From assembly GCF_000025685.1 (NCBI RefSeq), contig NC_013964.1, forward strand, positions 180,001 to 212,000: a stretch of 32,000 nt of DNA. Direction: 5' to 3'. The notes beneath the pieces were generated by a model that was not told where the DNA came from, ran no database searches, and saw nothing but the letters and a program-made list of their open reading frames with translations. This DNA is from Haloferax volcanii DS2. GTDB lineage: Archaea > Halobacteriota > Halobacteria > Halobacteriales > Haloferacaceae. Below are positions 1 through 7,564 of the stretch, piece by piece. The first letter of the stretch is position 1. Every line of letters starts with the position of its first letter. A program made the position numbers and the translations under genes.

Positions 1-2
1 GT

Positions 3-1244
3 GATTTCCCGATCGTGGACGTCCGCGTACACACGATTCACGTAGAATCCTCGGTCGAACATCACCGTGTCCAGATCGACGAACCGCTCGGCGCTGTCCA
101 ACAGCCGACTCACGAGGTCGGCTTTCGAGTACGATGGCGAGTCGTCGGGTTCCCATGCGGAGTTCTCTTTCACCGGCTCGATACCGAGAACAATCGGTGC
201 GTGGTCACCGACCAGTGTGATCGTCGCGTATTTGTATCCACGCTTGTACTCGCCGTCTTTCTTGTACCCGCTCACCATCTTCGGGTAGTCCGGCTTGGCG
301 ATACCCGCTTCCTTGTCTTCCCACGGCCAGACGTGGAACTGCTCGTGGGTGATGTCGATGGCTGCAATCGTCTCACGCGACTCGAAGGGGTTCTGACCGC
401 GAATCGAGTTGATGATGTTGTCCGTCGCGGCGTCGAACGCTGTCATAATGGCGTCTCGAATCCGGTCGGTTTCCGGCATTGAGTCGTCGTCCTCGAAATC
501 CTCGAACGTGAGCTGACTATCCGAGTCCTCTGGAGTAGCAATCTTCTTCATCGCCCGCAGGAACGTCGAGTCGTCACAGATGAGGTCATCGTCGGTGAGC
601 CAGCCGTACTCCGATTCCGAGTGAGCACTCCCCTTGTTCGCACAGATCCGCGCGAACATATCCAGAATTACCTCGTCGGAGTACGTCTTGTGGGCCGCTC
701 GGTGCGTATCGAACTCGGGAAGGACGTGTTTTCGAGCGAGCGTCAGCGTCTTCTGGGCTTTCTCCTTCTTGTACTCGCTCTCGCTCTTCGAAGTCGAATT
801 CTCAGGTTCCGTCGGAATGGTTGGAACAAGGCCTTCCGTGAGTACGCCGTGATTGAGCGCGGCCTGTCGAACGCCAGCGACAGTTCTGTTCAGAACCTCT
901 TGTGTGTTCTCACTGAACTGCGCGTGCGTATACGAGAGCTGTTGCTGGGTCGGAGTATTCGAGAGATCGGTGGTATCGAGGTGGAAACTCTTGACCAAGC
1001 TCGGCTCCCGCCCGAGTCGTTGGGCTAATTCGTTCTGTGAGATACCCCGAATCCCTTTGAACAGGAGCGTGCGGAACATCTCATCGGTTCCAAACGTCAC
1101 GCGGTTCTGATCGCGAGCATCCTCGAGGTTGTCGACGGGGATCGATAGCTGACGAATCACGTCCCAGAGGTGGTCTTCACGCTCACAGAGCGTCTCCGCG
1201 TGGACAATGATTGAGTCAGCAACAGCCGACGGGTCAGTCAGCAT
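3..1244 (-). CDS. DDE-type transposase, C-terminus cut by window edge (haloarchaeal IS; family not resolved)
   Basis: Absent from the ORF track because no stop codon lies in the window. My translation of the minus strand from ATG (complement of 1242-1244) reads MLTDPSAVADSIIVHAETLCEREDHLWDV... It has an HTH-like segment GIRGISQNELAQRLGREPS. Candidate catalytic Asp contexts AAIDITHEQFHVWPW and DTVMFDRGFYVNRVY lie roughly 100 aa apart, as in IS4/IS5/ISH3-like DDE enzymes. The frame stays open for 414 codons with GC-rich third positions. Confidence 0.7.
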   Translation of the reverse strand, partial: MLTDPSAVADSIIVHAETLCEREDHLWDVIRQLSIPVDNLEDARDQNRVTFGTDEMFRTLLFKGIRGISQNELAQRLGREPSLVKSFHLDTTDLSNTPTQQQLSYTHAQFSENTQEVLNRTVAGVRQAALNHGVLTEGLVPTIPTEPENSTSKSESEYKKEKAQKTLTLARKHVLPEFDTHRAAHKTYSDEVILDMFARICANKGSAHSESEYGWLTDDDLICDDSTFLRAMKKIATPEDSDSQLTFEDFEDDDSMPETDRIRDAIMTAFDAATDNIINSIRGQNPFESRETIAAIDITHEQFHVWPWEDKEAGIAKPDYPKMVSGYKKDGEYKRGYKYATITLVGDHAPIVLGIEPVKENSAWEPDDSPSYSKADLVSRLLDSAERFVDLDTVMFDRGFYVNRVYADVHDREI

Positions 1245-1508
1245 TGAACCACCTCGGGGGTGAACTGATCTGCTTCTGAGGTGTGCTCGACCAAATACTG
1301 ATGTAATTCTGTGTAGAGACATCCGCTATCCAAGAACAGAGATCAGTATAGAATAGAGTGGAAATAGTGTAGAGCATTTTGCGATGATTGTATGCTCTGA
1401 GCTTATTGTGGGAGATACATCAAGGGGTATGCGCGCTATACTTGGAGAATTAGTTGTGGCCATAATTCGGTATGGGTCAAGAATCAGTATGAATCAATTT
1501 TCGGTTGG

Positions 1509-1516
1509 ATTTATAG
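1509..1516 (+). promoter_or_regulatory. TATA-box-like element (atTTATAg) upstream of the wHTH gene
   Basis: TTTATA at 1510-1515 is centred about 29 nt upstream of ATG 1542. That spacing fits an archaeal TATA box driving a leaderless or near-leaderless mRNA. A GGAGGT at 1533-1538 could alternatively act as a Shine-Dalgarno site. Confidence 0.35.
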
Positions 1517-1541
1517 TAACGTGCGAGAAGAAGGAGGTACG

Positions 1542-2090
1542 ATGGGCTTGGACGAACTTGAGGGGTTTCTTCGGAAGAAGGGAGCGGCAGAACTCATTAC
1601 GGAGATTGGGACGGGAACAGCGACATTCAACGCGCTCGTTGACGCGGTTGCAGTAAGTGGCTCGACAGTTTCCTCGCGACTCTCAGAAGGTGTTGAGCGC
1701 GAAGTGCTCACGGTCAGCCATAAGCCAACCGAACACGGGACAGAGAAGCGGTATGCGCTCACGATTCTTGGACGCCGTATCTACGATTGGGCAGCGCAAA
1801 CGGAATTCGAACGGAAGGTCCGGAAGCTTCGCCGGGTTCAGCACGAACGTGAGACGGCGTTCGAGCGGATGGTTGGGAAGCTCAATCGAGATATGGAGAT
1901 TCGCAAGATGGTCACCGATTCGGAACCCGTAGAGGATCAAGAGATTGATCTGCCTGAGGGGGCGTCTTTGGTGCCGAAGATGGCGTCAGAAGAGAAGCTT
2001 CGTGAAGCCAAACACGAACGTATGGAAGCGAATCTCAAGCCAATCGAAGAACTCGAGGACGCCGGTGGAACAGGAGAGGACAGCGACTGA
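1542..2090 (+). CDS. winged-helix DNA-binding protein with acidic coiled-coil tail (hypothetical regulator)
   Basis: In frame with track ORF 1521..2090. I prefer ATG 1542 (MGLDELEGFLRKKGAAELITEIGTGTATFNALVDAVAVSGSTVSSRLSEGVEREVL...). This is an HxlR/ArsR/MarR-style recognition helix plus wing (GTEKRYALTILGRRI), followed by a charged K/E/R-rich helical region and an acidic C-terminus. Confidence 0.65.
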   Translation: MGLDELEGFLRKKGAAELITEIGTGTATFNALVDAVAVSGSTVSSRLSEGVEREVLTVSHKPTEHGTEKRYALTILGRRIYDWAAQTEFERKVRKLRRVQHERETAFERMVGKLNRDMEIRKMVTDSEPVEDQEIDLPEGASLVPKMASEEKLREAKHERMEANLKPIEELEDAGGTGEDSD

Positions 2091-2589
2091 GACAAACGAT
2101 CTATAGCGGCTCCGCTGCCTCTTGTGAAATCCTCAGCCACAAATGGACCTGTTCCAGCTGCCGTTCAGGGCAGGAAACACACCAGACGCCTCATCCACCG
2201 TCTCATGGCTCATGAGTCACGAGATGATCTATATTTTAAGTAGTTTATCAAGATACCAACTTCTTCTTATAATACTAAACCTAACTAAACGGACAGAGAG
2301 AATATTCTCAAGGGGCTTTATTTGAATCCTCAATAACCAACAATTCTGGGCTCTCGACCGCTAAGCCCATCAAGCGAACATTTTGAACGGTCAATCTTGA
2401 GTCCTTGGTTAACTCTGAAATTGAAGGTCGTTCAATGACTCCAGCTCGGACACCGAATTAAGTTAGACCCAGTCCCCGCCGAAATTACACCAACAGCAGA
2501 TTTGCTCAATTTCGCCACTAGCCGCCATTTCAACTAGCAAACCAATACAAGCGACGCAAGTACCTGGCCATGCTGCTATGGCTGGTACC

Positions 2590-2606
2590 CATGCGTTCTA
2601 GTTTAG
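2590..2606. repeat. Terminal inverted repeat of the ISH8-like element (window-left end)
   Basis: catgcgttctagtttag is the exact reverse complement of 4015-4031. Confidence 0.9.
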
Positions 2607-3964
2607 TAGCGATCAAAGCCGAACTCACCTCGTTCAACCTGCTCACGTAACCGATCTCTGTGTGGATTTGGATTTCGTGACGCCCACAGCAACAGCTCGT
2701 CCAAATCCGGCAGTTCGTAGCCCAACTCGATCATGAGATACAACTGGATTAGATGACCGTGGCGTTCCACGGCGAGCGAACAGCGACGCCGAGGGAGCCG
2801 CGACGCCGACGAGTCGGCGTCTGCGGCGGCTTCGCCCTCTCGCTGTCTTGCCTCGAGCGACCGTAACTCATCCACGATTACACGACTCATCATCAACGAA
2901 ATTGCGGCCATGATGATCAGCGCCTCGATGATGTAGCCGTCGGTCGTCTTGATCTCGTCCAAGCCGAACCGCGACTTCAGCTCCTTGAACAGCAGTTCGA
3001 CCTCCCAGCGCGCCCGATAGAGCTGCGCGATATCGGGCGCGCTGTAGTCCTCTCTCGCCAGATTCGTCAGATACAGATGGTACTCGTCGGTCTCCTCGTT
3101 GCGCAGGCCGACCAGTCGGAACGTCCGGGTCGCGCTGGCGCCCGACCCTCGTTTGCGCTCGAATGAAAGCGTGATGCGGACGTCGATTTCCTGTCGCTGC
3201 AGGTCCTCAAGGACGGCCTGCAGCGACTCTCCTTCCAGCGGAATGCTGTTGCCTCGCCACGTTCGCAGTTCTTCGACGATCTCGAAGTTCGCGTTGTCCT
3301 TCACCCGGGAGACGAACCACCCGCCGTTCTGGTCGATTCGGTCGAACAACCAGAAGTCGTAGAAGCCTAAATCAAGCAAGATGAGGGCGTCAGCTACCCA
3401 CTCACCGGTGGGTAGCTGACTCCGTTCGTGAGTTGTTCCGTCGGTTGTGCGGAATCGCGTTGGAAGGCCCGTCGAGAGTGACTCTGTGAGGTGGAGCTTC
3501 AGTTCGGCTTGATCTTCGCCGGTTGCTGCGTAGACATCAGCGGCGTCTTGATACAGCGAAACGATGGTTGCGTCAGCAATGAGGACGTCTCGAAAGCGTT
3601 CGAGACGTCCGTTCAAGTCTGCTCGTCCGGTATCGAGATTCTCGATGGCGTCATCGAGAATCTCTCGGAGGAGTGCAACGAATCCCGGTTCGAACCAGTC
3701 GTGAAACGCCGCGTAGGAGAGCTCATCGCAGTCAGCCATCTCGACGTAGCGGTCGAGAAACGCCTGCAAAGAGCGGTCTGAGCCAGCAGCGAAGCCAAAC
3801 GAGAGTGTGTAGAACAGTGCAACGATGTCGAACTTGCGCTCACGCTCGATGAGATTCGTTGCGCGAGCGCGCTCGCGCAACTCATCGGAGGGAAACGCTC
3901 TTTGAATCCGGTCAACAACTACCGAGTCCGGTGGTGAGTACACATCATCCACCGGGTTCTTCAA
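2603..3964 (-). CDS. IS4-family (ISH8-type) DDE transposase
   Basis: 453-aa track ORF. Asp contexts VLIADATIVSLY and ALILLDLGFYDFWLF. The IS4 hallmark Y-(2)-R-(3)-E-(6)-K is present as LYRARWEVELLFKELK. The ORF is bracketed by 17-bp inverted repeats. Confidence 0.9.
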   Translation of the reverse strand: MKNPVDDVYSPPDSVVVDRIQRAFPSDELRERARATNLIERERKFDIVALFYTLSFGFAAGSDRSLQAFLDRYVEMADCDELSYAAFHDWFEPGFVALLREILDDAIENLDTGRADLNGRLERFRDVLIADATIVSLYQDAADVYAATGEDQAELKLHLTESLSTGLPTRFRTTDGTTHERSQLPTGEWVADALILLDLGFYDFWLFDRIDQNGGWFVSRVKDNANFEIVEELRTWRGNSIPLEGESLQAVLEDLQRQEIDVRITLSFERKRGSGASATRTFRLVGLRNEETDEYHLYLTNLAREDYSAPDIAQLYRARWEVELLFKELKSRFGLDEIKTTDGYIIEALIIMAAISLMMSRVIVDELRSLEARQREGEAAADADSSASRLPRRRCSLAVERHGHLIQLYLMIELGYELPDLDELLLWASRNPNPHRDRLREQVERGEFGFDRY

Positions 3965-4014
3965 CCGGGTAGTTGCGACGATATCTAATCAACAAACAGC
4001 GACCGCATTCTCTG

Positions 4015-4031
4015 CTAAACTAGAACGCATG
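4015..4031. repeat. Terminal inverted repeat of the ISH8-like element (window-right end)
   Basis: ctaaactagaacgcatg is the exact reverse complement of 2590-2606. Confidence 0.9.
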
Positions 4032-4394
4032 ACTGGATACCCATGGATGAGGCCTATAACTTTCGGTGAATTGAGAGGAATTAGATGAGGACCAAAGTCA
4101 ATCCAGAGACCTACTGTGACAGTCTTCACCCTTTCAGAGAACAAACACCCTCACTTTTCCACCTAAGCGAGGTTATCCGGACAACCACACCAATCAGCGA
4201 TGTTCAGAAGCTCGTCACATCGGTTCAATGTCGTTCGTGTGAACGATCAGTGAACTCGACACTATCGCTCGGTGTATTCACTGCCGACTGAGCTAGAGAG
4301 CCGACAAACTGAGGACACAGAAGAAGTAGCACACAGAGGAAGACAGAGTGTTCTAAGGTCCCCCTTCGTTGGAATCACTAGTCGAGTCAACGGA

Positions 4395-4979
4395 TACACC
4401 CTTGGCCAAAACTAGTGGAATTCTACATCCCTGAATTCGAGGGTGAACTAGATTCCGGGCTCTACACCCATGGTCTACAGGGGTGTACCCACGTCGATTT
4501 TCCGCAAGGGTGTACGCAGATCGGAACCAATCGAGGGTGAAAACGAATCACTATCGGCCCGATTTATTCGACAGTACTGATTTCTAATTTGCTTGTGTTT
4601 ACCCACAGGAGTCCCGCTACTGCACGAATCTCATCCACATACAACACTGGCCAATGGAAACATCACCTCCTGTAATGCTCACCAAACACAACGTCAATAC
4701 GCTAATTCGTCAGTACACCCTCTCGTTGGTGGGGTGTATCGACTGTATTCGATTGCCGTCAACGCCGAAATTGGGTGGGGGTTGACGACTGCTCGTATTG
4801 GGTTTTTCGACGACCACCCATCTTGTGCAATGGCGCTCCTGAGCGTACTCTGGGGGGCTTCTCGACGTGACACACGGGTTGTGTCTCTCGAATGGAGCGT
4901 GTGCTTTTGCTCGTTGATTTTGAGTTGCCCCAATTGAATCGACGAGTAGATTGTATTCCCGGGGGATTTCGAGGGTGTA
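4395..4979. repeat. Dispersed array of the heptamer GGGTGTA / TACACCC (7 exact copies) in low-GC non-coding DNA
   Basis: Plus orientation at 4481, 4508, 4732 and 4973. Minus orientation (tacaccc) at 4395, 4463 and 4714. Two pairs form TACACCC-N11-GGGTGTA hairpin-capable dyads (4463-4487 and 4714-4738). The related unit cgagggtg(a/t)a occurs at 4438, 4532 and 4970. Confidence 0.8.
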
Positions 4980-5200
4980 GTTTGGTACTGTCGGACTCGG
5001 AGTTCCAACGAGGCTGGCTAGAGAGGATGAGCTGGCTTTGAGTTCAGCTGTCGACGAGACGGCGCGATGGTGCAAGCGCGTACGTGGTGAGTCCTCTCGA
5101 AGACCAAGGAATCGAGGCGGTGACTCTCGACCAAAGAATGAACGCGGCCACCGACAGAAATCCCCGTCGCCGTCCGCGAAGCGAGGGACGGCAGACCAGG

Positions 5201-5362
5201 TTACGACTTGCGCGGGTGCGGGTCGAATGCGTCCGTCTCGACTGGCGAGGCGCACAACACGCACCCGTCGTCCAGAATCCGCTCGCGGATGCCCGCGTCG
5301 ACACACACCTCGACGCTGCACACCGGGCAGTCGAAGACGAACTGACCTGGCACGGCGATCAC
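5201..5362 (-). CDS. small zinc-ribbon protein (53 aa, CPxC...CxxC)
   Basis: Below the ORF-track size cutoff. My translation from GTG (complement of 5360-5362) gives MIAVPGQFVFDCPVCSVEVCVDAGIRERILDDGCVLCASPVETDAFDPHPRKS, with the stop at 5201-5203. About 90% G/C at third codon positions, acidic composition, and two Cys pairs. It lies 73 nt downstream of, and co-directional with, the NarO-like gene. Confidence 0.5.
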   Translation of the reverse strand: MIAVPGQFVFDCPVCSVEVCVDAGIRERILDDGCVLCASPVETDAFDPHPRKS

Positions 5363-5435
5363 GACCGAAGCACAGACCCCAATCAGTATCTATCACACCC
5401 CATCATAGGGCGGGAATACATAGGCGAGTTATCAA

Positions 5436-6128
5436 CTACACGTCGAGAATCGTATCGAGAAGCTTCGACTGGGCGGCCGAAAGGTGTTCGGTGAACGTCG
5501 AGCGGTTGATATCGAGCGCCGCGGCGACCTCCGTCGCGTTCGCCTCACGGGGGTGCTCGAAGTAACCCATCTCGTGGGCCGTCTCGAGGACTTCCCGCTG
5601 TCTCGCCGTCAGTTCGTCGCGGTCGACGAACACGAGCGAGCCGGTAGCGGAGTCCGGCTCTGACTGCGTGAGTCGCCGGAGTGACACGCCGTCGAACGCC
5701 GATTTGAGGTTGACGACGATGTCGCGGAACGACTCGAGGTCCGCGGCGACGAACGACAGCACGACCGCGCCGCAGTCCGCTTCGAGGTGGCGGACTGGAC
5801 AGCCGTGACCCTCGATGAGTTCGCAGGCACACCGCGACTCCTCGGTGAAAGAGTGGGTGACGCGATAAATCGTCTTCTGTTCGTGGTGAAATATCTCGTC
5901 CGCGTCATCAATCGCGGCCGACGAGGGGGCGGTAAACTCGACTGCGGCGGTATCGCCGGTAGCGCCGACCGACCGCGAGACGGATTCGACTGCGGTCTCC
6001 TTCGACGCCTCCGACACCCGACAGATGGACGGGTCGGCCACGTGGATTTCACCGTGCACGCCCTCATTCATAGGCCGGCGTACGGTGGTGGTTCTGAAAT
6101 ATTCTTCGGCGAATCCGTTCGCAGTCAC
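5436..6128 (-). CDS. narO: Cys-rich N-terminal domain plus C-terminal HTH-10 (Bat/DmsR-type) transcription regulator, NarO-like
   Basis: Track ORF with a GTG start at 6128; the alternative ATG at 6071 (MNEGVHGEIHVADPSICRV...) is at least as plausible. Cysteines occur in ICRV, RCACELIEGHGCPV and ADCG. The C-terminal LTARQREVLETAHEMGYFEHPREANATEVAAALDINRSTFTEHLSAAQSKLL is the classic haloarchaeal HTH-10 motif. The gene is divergent from the nar operon, which is the position reported for NarO in Haloferax. Confidence 0.75.
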   Translation of the reverse strand: MTANGFAEEYFRTTTVRRPMNEGVHGEIHVADPSICRVSEASKETAVESVSRSVGATGDTAAVEFTAPSSAAIDDADEIFHHEQKTIYRVTHSFTEESRCACELIEGHGCPVRHLEADCGAVVLSFVAADLESFRDIVVNLKSAFDGVSLRRLTQSEPDSATGSLVFVDRDELTARQREVLETAHEMGYFEHPREANATEVAAALDINRSTFTEHLSAAQSKLLDTILDV

Positions 6129-6223
6129 GCGGTTTCGCTTCGGATTCCCTCCGATTCCTCGACGAGGGCGGTATAAAGTCCCCGCACCCTATGGTTCGGG
6201 TGTTACTGGCCTCGGTGCAGATT

Positions 6224-6250
6224 TTCGAACGAATCGAAGTATGCTATATA
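6224..6250 (+). promoter_or_regulatory. Candidate nar promoter: inverted repeat TTCGAacgaaTCGAA followed by a TATATA box
   Basis: ttcgaacgaatcgaa at 6224-6238 has 5-bp arms that are reverse complements. tatata follows at 6245-6250, 6 nt downstream. All of this lies in the 207-bp divergent narO/narA spacer, about 86 nt upstream of the narA-like GTG at 6336. Confidence 0.3.
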
Positions 6251-6335
6251 CGAGCTTGCTCGGGGCCAAACGGGTGAACGGATCGGCGCCCGGTTGGAGT
6301 GTGAGGCGGCGCGTCGGTACGCGGGGTGAGTCACC

Positions 6336-6911
6336 GTGAGACGCGGGACGGTCGTCGTGTTGCTGCTCGTCGTCGCGGTGCTCCTGCCGACGTGGTACGT
6401 GGCGCTGCACGGCGAGCCGCCGAGCGAACAGATAGAAATCGACCAGAGCGTCACCGAGATGCGGCCGCTACAAGAGATCGTCGACACGCCGGAGAAGCTC
6501 GCGCCGAGTCAGGTGGGCGTCATCGTGTGGGTCGCGCTCTTCGCGCTCGTCGGCGTCCTCGCCGCAGTCCACCGGTTCATGGACACGGCGGTCAGAGCCG
6601 GCCCGAGCGACGAACCGACCGTCGCAGACGGTGGTCGGGTCGGGCTTCCGTGGTTCTGGACGGCGGACCGCTGGGTCGTCGAGTACGACGACGCCTCCGA
6701 CGCTATCGAGGGAATCGTGGCGATGGGCGGGCTGACCATCCTCGCTATCGTCTTTGCGGCGCTGTTCACCGGCGAGTATCTGACGCTCGCGCGGACCCAG
6801 TACTTCGGCGTCTACGCCGCGGGGATGTTCACCGCGCTCGCTTTGCTCACCGTATCGTACTACGCGTGGTTCCTCCCCCACGTCGAGGTCGCAGAGCGGA
6901 GGGGACACTAA
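6336..6911 (+). CDS. four-TM membrane protein, first gene of the nar operon (NarA/ORF1-like)
   Basis: Track ORF. Hydrophobic segments VVVLLLVVAVLLPTWYV, VGVIVWVALFALVGVLAAV, IVAMGGLTILAIVFAALF and AAGMFTALALLTVSYYAWF. Its stop overlaps the next ATG (taATGa at 6909-6913). Confidence 0.7.
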   Translation: MRRGTVVVLLLVVAVLLPTWYVALHGEPPSEQIEIDQSVTEMRPLQEIVDTPEKLAPSQVGVIVWVALFALVGVLAAVHRFMDTAVRAGPSDEPTVADGGRVGLPWFWTADRWVVEYDDASDAIEGIVAMGGLTILAIVFAALFTGEYLTLARTQYFGVYAAGMFTALALLTVSYYAWFLPHVEVAERRGH

Positions 6912-7564
6912 TGAGACTCGACAATCAGCACGCATCGGACGACTGCGACGAGCACTGCGCTGACTGCGGGGACGACAGCAACCACCAGCCGAGTATCTTC
7001 TCCGACGACCGCGCCTCGCTCGCCCGCCGCGACTACGCGAAACTGCTCGCCAGCGTCGGGGGATTGACCGCCGTCGCGAGCCTCGCGGCACCGTTGGCGG
7101 GGCTGACTCGCGTCTTCGAGCGTTCGTACACCGGCCCCGTGTACTCGGACGGCATCTACCTCGTCGACGGCGACGGCGAGCGCATCGGCGAGAACGCCCT
7201 CAGTGAAGGTGAGAAGATGACCGTGTTCCCGGAGCCCCGGCCGGGCATCGAAAAGGCACCGACGCTGCTCGTGAGACACGCGGAGGACGCCTACGGTGGC
7301 GCAACGAACCTTGAGTACACGGTGTCGGGCTACGCCGCCTACTCGAAAGTCTGCACCCACGCCGGCTGCATGGTGTCGAACGAGGACGGAGCGACGCTCG
7401 TCTGCCCGTGTCACTTCGGCAAGTTCGACCCGACCGCCGGCGCGAAGGTGGTCGGTGGGCCGCCGTCGAGGGCGCTCCCGCAACTGCCAATCACGTTGTC
7501 GAGCGAGGGCAATCTCATCGCGACGGGCGACTTCAACGGGCCGGTCGGCCCGGGGGGCGAGTGA
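6911..7564 (+). CDS. narB: Rieske [2Fe-2S] protein (NarB-type) with RR-containing signal-anchor
   Basis: Internal ATG of track ORF 6326..7564. The upstream 195 codons are Arg-rich and overlap the real narA-like frame. Rieske boxes CTHAGC (7352-7369) and CPCH (7403-7414). The twin-Arg motif ARRDYAKLL (7022-7048) is followed by the hydrophobic stretch [19 protein letters not shown]. Confidence 0.9.
   Translation: MRLDNQHASDDCDEHCADCGDDSNHQPSIFSDDRASLARRDYAKLLASVGGLTAVASLAAPLAGLTRVFERSYTGPVYSDGIYLVDGDGERIGENALSEGEKMTVFPEPRPGIEKAPTLLVRHAEDAYGGATNLEYTVSGYAAYSKVCTHAGCMVSNEDGATLVCPCHFGKFDPTAGAKVVGGPPSRALPQLPITLSSEGNLIATGDFNGPVGPGGE

Larger units (their letters stand above)
2590..4031 (-). mobile_element. 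Intact IS4-family insertion sequence (ISH8-like), about 1.44 kb
   Basis: Perfect 17-bp terminal inverted repeats, catgcgttctagtttag (2590-2606) and ctaaactagaacgcatg (4015-4031), bracket a single 453-aa transposase ORF. Flanking near-direct repeat: gctggtacc (2581-2589) versus actggatacc (4032-4041). Confidence 0.85.

Noticed and set aside
1263-1398. Short inverted repeats next to the partial transposase: actgatct/agatcagt (1263-1270 and 1341-1348) and agagcat/atgctct (1371-1377 and 1392-1398), considered as IS termini
   Set aside because: At 7-8 bp, matches of this size are expected by chance. The other end of the element lies outside the window, so no terminal inverted repeat can be verified.
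2133-2213. 26-codon minus-strand ORF (MSHETVDEASGVFPALNGSWNRSICG) preceded by a TATA-like ctatatttt at 2229-2237
   Set aside because: It is very short, lies in low-GC DNA without codon-bias support, and the TATA-to-ATG distance (about 20 nt) is shorter than the usual leaderless spacing. Nothing else supports it.
4710-5396. 228-aa minus-strand ORF and other track ORFs across 4085-5565
   Set aside because: The translations are Arg/Ser/Pro-rich and cross the compositional boundary at about 5040. The only segment with coding-like GC3 and a sensible product is the 53-aa zinc-ribbon ORF, which is in a different frame (5201-5362).
6326-6910. N-terminal 195 codons of the 412-aa ORF containing the Rieske domain
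   Set aside because: This part is extremely Arg-rich and overlaps the convincing membrane-protein frame 6336..6911. The Rieske gene more plausibly starts at ATG 6911, which overlaps the upstream stop.
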